Assembly: GCA_043799675.1 (NCBI GenBank)
Contig: JAZDNN010000031.1
Coordinates: 1 to 16,827 of the forward strand
Length of the DNA: 16,827 bases
Source: Candidatus Aenigmatarchaeota archaeon
Lineage (GTDB): Archaea > Aenigmatarchaeota > Aenigmatarchaeia > Aenigmatarchaeales > JACQIB01
Reading direction: 5' to 3'
In this document: positions 1 to 7,943 of the stretch, piece after piece
How positions within the stretch are numbered: the stretch's first letter is position 1
Layout of the letters: each line of letters starts with the position of its first letter
Made by a program: the position numbers and the translations under genes
Notes under the pieces: model-generated
Told to the model about the DNA's origin: nothing
The model's database searches: none
The model's input: only the letters and a program-made list of their open reading frames with translations

Positions 1-5
1 GCATC

Positions 6-1088
6 TCAACGTGACGCTTCTGAATAGGCGCTGAGCAGCTCTTGTCTTATGTTATCCGCTGAATAGAGCCTTTTGCATCTTGCCCTCGCCGCCTTGCCCA
101 TTACCTCGGCCCCGGCGGGATTGTCCATCACCTTTCTTATCGCCCCGGTACAGGCATCCGAGTCGCCTGCCCTGAAAACTATGCCCGTGTTACCGAGTAT
201 TTCCGGCATGTCACCGACATCCGAAACGGCTATCGATTTGGATGCGGCCATGGCATCGTACAGTTTCGCGGGTATTTGATGCTCCGCCGATTCCTCCTGC
301 AGTTGCGGGAGAACAACCATATCCGAAGCGGCCAGAAAAGACGGCATCTTTTCGAACGGCTGCGGGGAAACTGTCACCAACCTGTCTGATATATCCCTCC
401 TTACCGCATCCAACGCCCTTACCGAGGTCTCATCGGCTGCTCCGACACTAAGCAGCACCACGTTATTCGGAAGCTTCTTTACGGCCTCGGCAAGAATCTC
501 GAAACCCTTGTGAGGTCTTATCGCCCCGGCGAAAATTATGACGAACTTTCCTTTCAGACCCAGGGACTTTCTGACATCCTCTGCGCCCTTCCGATCGGTT
601 TCAAAGAAACTCTCATCCGCCCCGGTCCTGATGATTTTTCCTCCCCAGAGACGTTGCAGAGCCGTGCTGTGCACCGTCTTTACTCTCACCTTTTTTGCAA
701 TGAAATGGCTCAGAGAATTGAGGGAAGGCATTCCGCCGGGCTTCCAGTCCAGGTCCTCGATATCCAAAACCAACGGTTTCCGGAACAGCTTGCTCAGCGC
801 CCAAGCAGGCAGCATCGAGCTCCATATGGGCTTGAAGCAGTGTATGACATCCGCTTTCCTGGCTGCACGCATGAGCTTCAACAGGTCGTATGGAAGTCTC
901 GCTCCTGTGCGCAACGGCAGGAAGTTCATCCTGCCTTTGTAAGGCTCGTATATGCTCTTCCCTTTTTTCAGCCATCCTGCAACTATAATTCTCCTTCCAC
1001 CGAGGGCCCTGACGAACGGGTACGTCCTTACGATGTTATTTCCCCATAGCGTCGGGCAGAACATCAAAATATTGTTGAATCTTTCCAA
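6..1088 (-). CDS. Glycosyltransferase family 4 (GT-B, retaining)
   Basis: 360 aa with FAGAIRPHKG, FLAASDMVVLP and IPAKLYDAMAASKSIAVSDVGDMPEILG, typical of the GT4 C-terminal nucleotide-binding domain. The TTG start lies 4 nt after GGGTGA, which contains the upstream stop. Confidence 0.9.
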   Translation of the reverse strand: MERFNNILMFCPTLWGNNIVRTYPFVRALGGRRIIVAGWLKKGKSIYEPYKGRMNFLPLRTGARLPYDLLKLMRAARKADVIHCFKPIWSSMLPAWALSKLFRKPLVLDIEDLDWKPGGMPSLNSLSHFIAKKVRVKTVHSTALQRLWGGKIIRTGADESFFETDRKGAEDVRKSLGLKGKFVIIFAGAIRPHKGFEILAEAVKKLPNNVVLLSVGAADETSVRALDAVRRDISDRLVTVSPQPFEKMPSFLAASDMVVLPQLQEESAEHQIPAKLYDAMAASKSIAVSDVGDMPEILGNTGIVFRAGDSDACTGAIRKVMDNPAGAEVMGKAARARCKRLYSADNIRQELLSAYSEASR

Positions 1089-1092
1089 ATGC

Positions 1093-2574
1093 TCACCCGA
1101 TGTATTTGGAGCCGCGTCTTATGAGATAAAAAAGCCCGCTCGGTCCGTTCACCGATAACGCCCTGACACCTCGCCTGAGTACCCACTTTGGCTTCTTGAT
1201 ATGCGAACGGTTGAATTCGTAGGTCGCCCTGTTGAAGATTTTCTCGATTTCATCCGCCTTAAGGTCCGGATAATTCACCAGACCGCGCCCGTCATGTTCC
1301 CACCAGGCCTTGCCGATCAACCAGCCTTTCTTCACGGCTTCATCGTAGAACCTTGTACCAGGATACGGTATCGCGATGCTGAACTGGACCGTATCTACGT
1401 CCAGCCTGGAAACGAATCTTAGGGTCTCCTCCATCGTCTCCTTGGTATCGCCCGTGAGACCGAAGCAGACCGTCCCATGCGTCTTAAAACCCAGCTCATG
1501 CGTCCATTTCGCAAAGTCAAACAACTTCTCCCGAGTCAGCGGCTTGCCGATGCATTTCCAGACCTCCGGGCATGCCGTTTCTATTCCGAATTTCATGCCC
1601 TTGCAACCGGCCTTCTTCATCAATGCCAGAAGTTCTCGGTCGGGTATTATGGCATCACCCATGCACGACCAGCTGATGTTCATTTTTCTCCCGATTATCT
1701 CGTTGCATATGTCCACGACATGCTGGCGGTTACCGGTAAATGTGTCATCGTCAAAATAGATTTCCTTTGCGCCATACTTGCTTGCAAGAAGTTCCATCTC
1801 ATCTACGACCCGTTTGGCGCTGAACATTCTGTAATGCCTTCCGGGGTAAAGGACCTGCGTCCAGAGGCAGTAATTGCAGTTGAACGGACAGCCGCGGGTG
1901 GCGACCATCTGCAGTGCCGGTTTTCTTTCGCAAAATCCGTCCCAATAGACGCTCATATCGGGTGCATCGTCAATCGGGAATGAGTCCCTATCCGGGAAAG
2001 GCAGCTGGTCCAGAGGCTCTATCAGCGGCCTTTTCTCGTTGACGTGTATCGTATTGCCTGCTCGAAACGCCAGGCCGCTGACCATTGAATATCTTTGTCC
2101 GGAAGCCATGCATCCGGCAAGCTCCTTTACCGTCATTTCGTATTCCTGCATTGCGATGAAATCAATGAACGGGTTCTCTTTCAACAGCTGCTCGGGAAAA
2201 ACGGAGGCATGCGGGCCGACCAGGCATATTTTCGCGCCAGTAAGCTCCTTTATTTTTGCCGCATGCTTCAGGTCGATACCGATTGTGGGTGTGGATGTTT
2301 CTACGATTGCAAGGTTCAACGGCGCCCTTTTCTTCAGTTCCTGATTGAACGTTTCATCTTCCATTTCAAGTGCCGGCGCATCTATCACAAACGTCTCGTG
2401 TCCGTCTCCTTTCAGGAATGCCGATGTATATGCAAGAAAGAAAGGAAAAGGCGCGTACCTGCTTTGAGAACTTTTTACCCCTGCCTTTGTTTTCATTGCA
2501 GGCCAGCGCGCACCTGCGCGCACGAACGATATGTCGCCCATGTTGGTCGGCGGGTTCGTAATAAGTATTCGCAA
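1093..2574 (-). CDS. B12-binding-domain radical SAM protein (BchE/HpnJ-like architecture), 493 aa
   Basis: TRGCPFNCNYC (CxxxCxxC at 1867-1890), an N-terminal B12-binding-like domain (LVGPHASVFP, EYEMTVKEL, LDQLPFPDR), YFDDDTFT, KFGIET and IPYPGT. Start re-called to TTG 2574 (LRILITNPP), 4 nt after GGGTGA; the ORF-track extension to 2751 overlaps the upstream gene. Confidence 0.88.
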   Translation of the reverse strand: MRILITNPPTNMGDISFVRAGARWPAMKTKAGVKSSQSRYAPFPFFLAYTSAFLKGDGHETFVIDAPALEMEDETFNQELKKRAPLNLAIVETSTPTIGIDLKHAAKIKELTGAKICLVGPHASVFPEQLLKENPFIDFIAMQEYEMTVKELAGCMASGQRYSMVSGLAFRAGNTIHVNEKRPLIEPLDQLPFPDRDSFPIDDAPDMSVYWDGFCERKPALQMVATRGCPFNCNYCLWTQVLYPGRHYRMFSAKRVVDEMELLASKYGAKEIYFDDDTFTGNRQHVVDICNEIIGRKMNISWSCMGDAIIPDRELLALMKKAGCKGMKFGIETACPEVWKCIGKPLTREKLFDFAKWTHELGFKTHGTVCFGLTGDTKETMEETLRFVSRLDVDTVQFSIAIPYPGTRFYDEAVKKGWLIGKAWWEHDGRGLVNYPDLKADEIEKIFNRATYEFNRSHIKKPKWVLRRGVRALSVNGPSGLFYLIRRGSKYIG

Positions 2575-2578
2575 ATTT

Positions 2579-3541
2579 TCACCCGCTCTTCTGGGACGAA
2601 TACCACTCGAACGTCCGTCTGAGGCCCTCATCAATATCGATTGTGGGTGTCCAACCGAGCAGCCGCTGTGCCTTCTCCACCGAGAAATATCTCGCCACAG
2701 CGTCCCTTGATTCGGTCCGTATGCCTTCGCCGAAATCCTTGTGTACGACATTCAGGTTCTTTCCAGACAAAGTAATTATCTTCTGAGCGAGCTCTTTCAT
2801 GCTCACCACGTTGCGTTCCCCCCCGCCGAGGTTTATTATTTCTCCGGAAGGGGCGTCCAACGCCTTGACTATTCCCGCTGCCGTATCCTTGACGTAGCAG
2901 AACGCCCGTTTCTGCTCCCCTGAGCCGAACAGTACGGGAGGTTGTCCGTTCAGAACTTTGTCAAAGAACATGGGTACGACCCACTCGGGCCTCTGTCTCG
3001 GCCCGTACGTGTTTGATGGTCTTACCGCAACCGTATGGAGACCGGCCGAATGGTACGCCTGGCAGTAATTCTCCCCCGCGAGCTTTGCGAAACCGTAGAA
3101 TGATACCGGCACTTTCATGTCGTTCTCCTTCAACGGGTTCATCTCGGGCGGGGGGTTTCCGAACACCTCGGTTGAGCTGGCAAACACGAACCTTTTTACT
3201 CCTTTCCTTGCCGAGATTTCGAGCGCAGATATGGTCCCCTCGAGGTTTGTCCGCAGCACGTTCAGCGGCATCTTCTCTGTGCTCTCCACCCCCAACACTG
3301 CCGCAAGATGTATGACGGCATCGGATCTGCCAACGGCCTCTTCCAGGGCCGCTTTATCAAGGATGTTACCGAGAATTATTTCCACGCGCCCGTTGCCTGA
3401 AAACAGTTTCTTTGCGAGGGAAACGTCCCTGTCATAAATTATCACCCCTTTCACTCCGTTGGAAAGGAGTTCCTCGACGACATGGGAACCTATGAAACCG
3501 GAACCGCCTGTAACCAGTACCCTATTGACACAGATGCTCAT
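2579..3541 (-). CDS. NAD-dependent nucleotide-sugar epimerase/dehydratase (extended SDR)
   Basis: VTGGSGFIG Rossmann motif, HLAA, ASSTEVFG, catalytic YGFAK (YxxxK), NTYGPRQ and RAFCYVKD. Substrate cannot be assigned. Confidence 0.92.
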   Translation of the reverse strand: MSICVNRVLVTGGSGFIGSHVVEELLSNGVKGVIIYDRDVSLAKKLFSGNGRVEIILGNILDKAALEEAVGRSDAVIHLAAVLGVESTEKMPLNVLRTNLEGTISALEISARKGVKRFVFASSTEVFGNPPPEMNPLKENDMKVPVSFYGFAKLAGENYCQAYHSAGLHTVAVRPSNTYGPRQRPEWVVPMFFDKVLNGQPPVLFGSGEQKRAFCYVKDTAAGIVKALDAPSGEIINLGGGERNVVSMKELAQKIITLSGKNLNVVHKDFGEGIRTESRDAVARYFSVEKAQRLLGWTPTIDIDEGLRRTFEWYSSQKSG

Positions 3542-3570
3542 GCTATCACTCGACCCTTCTAAAACAAGGC

Positions 3571-3626
3571 TTATATATCTTCTTTACTCGCCGTCCATTG
3601 GATGCCCAGTGCATTCGGTTTTATAA
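3571..3626. promoter_or_regulatory. Divergent archaeal-type promoter pair
   Basis: Minus strand AAAGAAG-ATATATAA (TATA 3578-3571, purine-rich BRE-like flank) is 29 nt before ATG 3541. Plus strand TTTTATAA (3619-3626) is 22 nt before ATG 3649. Confidence 0.65.
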
Positions 3627-3648
3627 GCGCTTCGCAAAACATGGACAC

Positions 3649-4923
3649 ATGCAAGATGATAAGCCCGTCATAACGGTGGTCGGATGCGGGCAGGTGGGTT
3701 TCAGGACATGCATCCTCTTTGCCGGCAAGGGATACCAAGTGTTCGCCGCTGACATTGATACCGAAAAGGTGAACAAGCTGAACGCCGGTATATCCCCGTT
3801 CAACGATGACCCTTATCTAGAGAAGTTCACCGGATGCAAGGGCAGCATAACCGCTTCGACTGACGTGAGCGGTTGCTGCGCAAAGAGCGATTTTGTGCTT
3901 GTCTGTGTTCCGACACCCTTGAAGCAGAAGAGCCCCGATCTGACATTCCTTCAGAATGCCACAAGGGACATCGCCTCGGGCCTAACGAGAGGGGCGACGG
4001 TGATATATGAGAGCACGGTGCATCCGGGGGTGATAAAAAGGCTCATACCAATCCTTGAAAGCTCCGGATTGAAGCTTGGCGAGTTCGGTGTCGCCCATTG
4101 CCCGGAAAGGATGGATCCTGGCAACCGTAAATTCGACATCGAAAACACCCCGAGGGTGATAGGTGCGTCCGACCGTCTCACCTTGCAGAAGGCTAAGTCC
4201 CTCTATGAGGACGTGATGTCCGCCCCTCTGTATGAAGTATCGAACATCGAAACGGCCGAGGCGTGCAAGCTTGTGGAAAACACCTTCAGGGACGTGAACA
4301 TAGCTTTTGTCAACGAGCTTGCGACGGTATTTGCCGACACTGAAATCGATGTCAAGGAGGTCATAGACGCGGCCGCCACAAAACCTTTCGCTTTTCTCGC
4401 TCACAAACCCGGACCGGGCGTAGGCGGAGAATGCATCCCCATAAGCCCTCATTGGCTTATGGAATTCGCAAGGACCCGAGGAAAGGAAATGCCTCTGGTG
4501 AGGAAGGCCAGGGATGTGAACGAATCTATGCCGGCCTTTGTCGTCGGAAGGTTGAAAAATTTAATGGCAGGGAAGGGCTCTGAACTCAACGGTTCTTCGG
4601 TTCTACTGTTGGGGCTCGGTTACAAGCCCGACAGCTCTGATACAAGGATAAGCCCGTCAAGGGACATAATCAGGCTTCTGAAGCAGGAAGGTGCAAGCAT
4701 TTGCGGGTGCGACCCTCTGCTTGATAATAAAATGATAACTGAAGGGTTCGATATCGAACCTGCGAAAGCTGACAGCAAGGCAGATGCCGCGATCCTTGTG
4801 ACTGCACACAACGCGTTTGACAGGAAGATGACAAAAGACCTTAAGGTAAGGTTCTTTCTTGACGCCTGCAACAGGTTTGCTAAGAATGATTTTGACGGCA
4901 TCGAGTATGCAGGCCTCGGATAA
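3649..4923 (+). CDS. Nucleotide-sugar 6-dehydrogenase, WecC/WbpA (UDP-HexNAc dehydrogenase) type
   Basis: VVGCGQVG, CVPTP, YESTVHPG, HCPERMDPGN, AEACKLVENTFRDVNIAFVNE, PGPGVGGECIP (catalytic Cys) and LGLGYKPDSSDTRISP. Start re-called to ATG 3649, 22 nt after the TATA box. Confidence 0.92.
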   Translation: MQDDKPVITVVGCGQVGFRTCILFAGKGYQVFAADIDTEKVNKLNAGISPFNDDPYLEKFTGCKGSITASTDVSGCCAKSDFVLVCVPTPLKQKSPDLTFLQNATRDIASGLTRGATVIYESTVHPGVIKRLIPILESSGLKLGEFGVAHCPERMDPGNRKFDIENTPRVIGASDRLTLQKAKSLYEDVMSAPLYEVSNIETAEACKLVENTFRDVNIAFVNELATVFADTEIDVKEVIDAAATKPFAFLAHKPGPGVGGECIPISPHWLMEFARTRGKEMPLVRKARDVNESMPAFVVGRLKNLMAGKGSELNGSSVLLLGLGYKPDSSDTRISPSRDIIRLLKQEGASICGCDPLLDNKMITEGFDIEPAKADSKADAAILVTAHNAFDRKMTKDLKVRFFLDACNRFAKNDFDGIEYAGLG

Positions 4924-4930
4924 ATGCCTG

Positions 4931-5782
4931 TCATGCGTTCTTCTTTTCCCGGGTTATCGGGTGGCCAGCGGCTCTGAACAGCCTACCTATCATGCAGCCC
5001 AGATTGAAAGTCATCGACCCCGTGAGATGGGCGATATAGAACAATGGCGTTTGCCGCATCTTCAGGTTATTTCTGGACCTCCATGTATACTTGGCGGACT
5101 TGTAAATCGCTCCCCCAAAAAACATTGCCGCAGACTTCCACGATTCCACGCTTACGTTGGTAAGCCCGCGAATCCAGCCCTCCTTCCACAGCCCGGTCCA
5201 ACCGATGAGTAAGACGTGCTTGCCGACGGCATCGACGCAGTAATAGGAATCGAAATTCTGCGCTTTCAGCCTGTTCCTCAGCTCATAATCCTCTGTCCCC
5301 AGTCGCGCGTCCTCCCTGAAAAGGTTTGCCAGTGCAATTTCACGCGGCAGGCTGGTATTGTTGACGGCAAAATAACTGCGATTTTCGTTACCCACTTTTG
5401 ATACGTTTGCCAGGTAGTTCGGTTTGCACGGCACCGTCCGTCCCACCACTATCTGATGCTGCTTGCCGGACTCGACATGCGCACGTACGAAATCCGGAGT
5501 GAGGACCACTATGTCGCTGTCCAGAAAGATTATCCTGTCACCTCGGGCATGACATATGCCCGTGTTGCGTGCCCCGCTGGGTCCCTTGAGGCCCTCATTA
5601 TCGATTAATTTTATGCGTTTGTCCTTTCCGGCAAATCCTCGCACGATATCGGCAGTGCGGTCCGGAGAATGGTCATTGACCACAAGAATTTCGAAATCCC
5701 CGTGACAGGCACCTAACGCTGTCAGCACATCGCCTATTATCTTTTCCACTTTCCAGACCGGTATGACTACTGTTGCATCCAT
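4931..5782 (-). CDS. Glycosyltransferase family 2 (GT-A)
   Basis: Starts MDATVVIPVW; has EILVVNDHSPDRT, GPSGARNTG, the IIFLDSD DxD motif and GTEDYEL. Start re-called to ATG 5782, which overlaps the upstream deacetylase by 16 nt. Confidence 0.88.
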   Translation of the reverse strand: MDATVVIPVWKVEKIIGDVLTALGACHGDFEILVVNDHSPDRTADIVRGFAGKDKRIKLIDNEGLKGPSGARNTGICHARGDRIIFLDSDIVVLTPDFVRAHVESGKQHQIVVGRTVPCKPNYLANVSKVGNENRSYFAVNNTSLPREIALANLFREDARLGTEDYELRNRLKAQNFDSYYCVDAVGKHVLLIGWTGLWKEGWIRGLTNVSVESWKSAAMFFGGAIYKSAKYTWRSRNNLKMRQTPLFYIAHLTGSMTFNLGCMIGRLFRAAGHPITREKKNA

Positions 5783-6546
5783 AGTCCGCCCACCGTTTTT
5801 GGTTTGATGTCCTGTCCCGAAATCCATCCGAGCAGCTCGTCCAGGTCTTTCCACATGTTCCACTTGTCTATCATCCATGCATGACCCCATAAATGGAAAA
5901 CGTCGTTCCGTCTTTTGGCCGCATCGAAGAGCATCCTTGCATGTGCCGTCCAGTCGCTTCCGGCCAGCACGGCCCTGACGAGTGTCCTGTCGGGTCCGAT
6001 TGAACTGATCAGTTCGCGCATGTATCTAGGCCCTGCAGGAACGCTGCGCGGGAACGCCTCCCATGTAGGGGTTATCGCGAACGGCCAGCGCGGATGTTCT
6101 ATGCAGAACCTGCCGCTTGTCCTGGCATTCGTGAAGCCATGCCGCTTCAGTATACGAACCGCTCTCTCATCCCAATCGCTTCTCCCGCCGAAAGGGTAGG
6201 AGAAGCTTGTGATGCTCTTTCCCGTGATACCTTCCAGCCGGTTCTTGCTGATAACTATTTCCTGCTCTATTCGCCCCTCATCCAATTCGCTGAGCCGCGG
6301 ATGTGTCTGGGTATGCGCACCTATCTCATGCCGCTGCCCGATGTTCCGTATCTCCGCTGGAGTAAGGCATCTTCCTATATCTTTCGGGGTATATTGCCCG
6401 TCACGTCCGAAAGTTAATGGAGAAGCCTCGGTAGCCTCACCAGTGCAGACGTAAAAAGTTCCTAGAAGACCGTGCTTATCAAGGAGCTTTGCGAGCCTGA
6501 CATCGGACTTCTTGCCTTCATCCCAGCTGGTTACGACTGTCACCAT
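5767..6546 (-). CDS. Polysaccharide deacetylase (CE4/NodB family)
   Basis: TSWDEG (motif 1 variant), GTFYV, HEIGAHTQTHP (metal His pair), FSYPFG and FHLWGH. Start re-called to ATG 6546, 22 nt after TTTTTATA. Confidence 0.88.
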   Translation of the reverse strand: MVTVVTSWDEGKKSDVRLAKLLDKHGLLGTFYVCTGEATEASPLTFGRDGQYTPKDIGRCLTPAEIRNIGQRHEIGAHTQTHPRLSELDEGRIEQEIVISKNRLEGITGKSITSFSYPFGGRSDWDERAVRILKRHGFTNARTSGRFCIEHPRWPFAITPTWEAFPRSVPAGPRYMRELISSIGPDRTLVRAVLAGSDWTAHARMLFDAAKRRNDVFHLWGHAWMIDKWNMWKDLDELLGWISGQDIKPKTVGGLWMQQ

Positions 6547-6568
6547 AGCAATCAGCCGGTAAGGCACG

Positions 6569-6576
6569 TATAAAAA
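6569..6576 (-). promoter_or_regulatory. TATA box for the deacetylase-GT2 unit
   Basis: TTTTTATA on the minus strand, 22 nt upstream of ATG 6546, within the 46-nt intergenic gap. Confidence 0.6.
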
Positions 6577-6592
6577 GGATATGAACACACCG

Positions 6593-7888
6593 TTAGCGGC
6601 GTTTCCTGAAGAACTCTTCGAATGCGGAAATCACATGATCCCTTTCTTCCTTTCCGATTCCTGCATGAACTCCTATCAGGAACGCGTTCTTGTGTATGAA
6701 CCTTGTGTTCGGGAGGTCGCCGACCACGCGATGATTGAAAAGACGTGCGACAGGATGTCTGGTATAATCTCCGCCCATCACGGGACGGGTCTCTATGCCC
6801 CGCTGCTCCAGGAATTTTCTCAGTTCTGTAACATCAACCTTCGTGTCCTTGACCGCGACCGGATAGCAGAACCATGCCGGTCTCGTCCACCTTTTTACCG
6901 GTGACACGCTCAGGAAATCGGAAAACTTACCGAGTTCTTTGTTGAAGAAGGCCGCATTCTCTTCCCTTGCCCTGAAATATTTATCAAACTTCTTGAACTG
7001 TACGACGCCGAACGCCCCTTCCATTTCCGATGTCCTGAAATTATAGCCGGTATTGGCAAACAGGAATCTTGGGTCTATCTCAGGACTCATGGAATTTATT
7101 TTATCCTTGTATGCCTGACTCTTGACGTTTCTCATCACTCCTTGCGACCGTATTATCCGTGCGAGTTCGGCCATATCATCGTCATTTACCATCACCATTC
7201 CGCCTTCAAGCGTGGTTATGTGATGAGAAAGGTAGAAACTGAACGTGGAGATATCACCGAAGCTCCCGACCCTCTTGCCTTTCCATTCCGCCCCAGGCGA
7301 TTCGCAGCAGTCCTCTATGACGAAAAGATTGCGTTTTTTTGCTATTCGCATGACCTCGTCCATATCGATCGGAAATCCGAGAAGATGGACGGCCAATATG
7401 GCCTTTGTCCTTGGACCTATTGCCGCCTCCAGCTGGTTTGTATCCATGTTATAATCGTCAAGGTTGGAATCGACCAGGACCGGCGTCATTCCTGTCGCAA
7501 ACATCGGTGAAATGGACGTCGACCATGTCAGGGCCGGTGTCACTATCTCGTCGCCAGGCTTCAGCCGGTTTATTACCGCGGGATTGGTGAGCATGTAGAA
7601 TGCGACCAGATTCGCCGAGCTTCCGGAGTTGACCATTACACCGTTCTTGACACCGATGAATTTTGCCCACATTTCCTCGAACCGTTCGGTCTTGAGGTCC
7701 CCGCTGGCATTCAATGTCAGACGCTCCGGAGTGAGGAGCGTATCAACAACCTCAGCCACTTCATCCTCGTCATAAAGCCTCGACATCAACGGTACCTTGT
7801 ATTTCGGATTCTTTGGGGAACTTTCGCGGAAATATTCGGCAACCAGTCTTTTTACTTCTTGAACGGTCTTCTCCTTGTTCACGACCAT
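6593..7888 (-). CDS. DegT/DnrJ/EryC1/StrS-fold PLP/PMP enzyme, NDP-4-keto-6-deoxyhexose 3-dehydratase type (ColD/E1-like)
   Basis: MVNSGSSANL, LKPGDEIVTPALTWST, HLLG, EDCCES, SFYLSHHITTLEGG (His at the usual Schiff-base Lys position), GYNFR and GIETRP. Start re-called to ATG 7888. Confidence 0.85.
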   Translation of the reverse strand: MVVNKEKTVQEVKRLVAEYFRESSPKNPKYKVPLMSRLYDEDEVAEVVDTLLTPERLTLNASGDLKTERFEEMWAKFIGVKNGVMVNSGSSANLVAFYMLTNPAVINRLKPGDEIVTPALTWSTSISPMFATGMTPVLVDSNLDDYNMDTNQLEAAIGPRTKAILAVHLLGFPIDMDEVMRIAKKRNLFVIEDCCESPGAEWKGKRVGSFGDISTFSFYLSHHITTLEGGMVMVNDDDMAELARIIRSQGVMRNVKSQAYKDKINSMSPEIDPRFLFANTGYNFRTSEMEGAFGVVQFKKFDKYFRAREENAAFFNKELGKFSDFLSVSPVKRWTRPAWFCYPVAVKDTKVDVTELRKFLEQRGIETRPVMGGDYTRHPVARLFNHRVVGDLPNTRFIHKNAFLIGVHAGIGKEERDHVISAFEEFFRKRR

Positions 7889-7913
7889 ATCTAAACACTC
7901 GAAGCTGCTAAGC

Positions 7914-7928
7914 TTATAAACATTATAA
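7914..7928 (-). promoter_or_regulatory. TATA element(s) upstream of the ColD/E1-like gene
   Basis: Minus strand AAAAGGTTATAATGTTTATAAG contains two TTATAA hexamers (7923-7928, 7914-7919); the proximal one ends 25 nt before ATG 7888. Confidence 0.6.
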
Positions 7929-7943
7929 CCTTTTGACGAAGGT

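Noticed and set aside
2575..2751. N-terminal extensions in the ORF track (also 3598-3648, 5783-5890, 6547-6588, 7889-7975, 9354-9380, 11422-11535)
   Set aside because: They overlap neighbouring genes or promoter elements; the family N-termini begin at the shorter starts.
6593..7888. Perosamine synthase/ordinary sugar aminotransferase call
   Set aside because: The catalytic Lys position is His.
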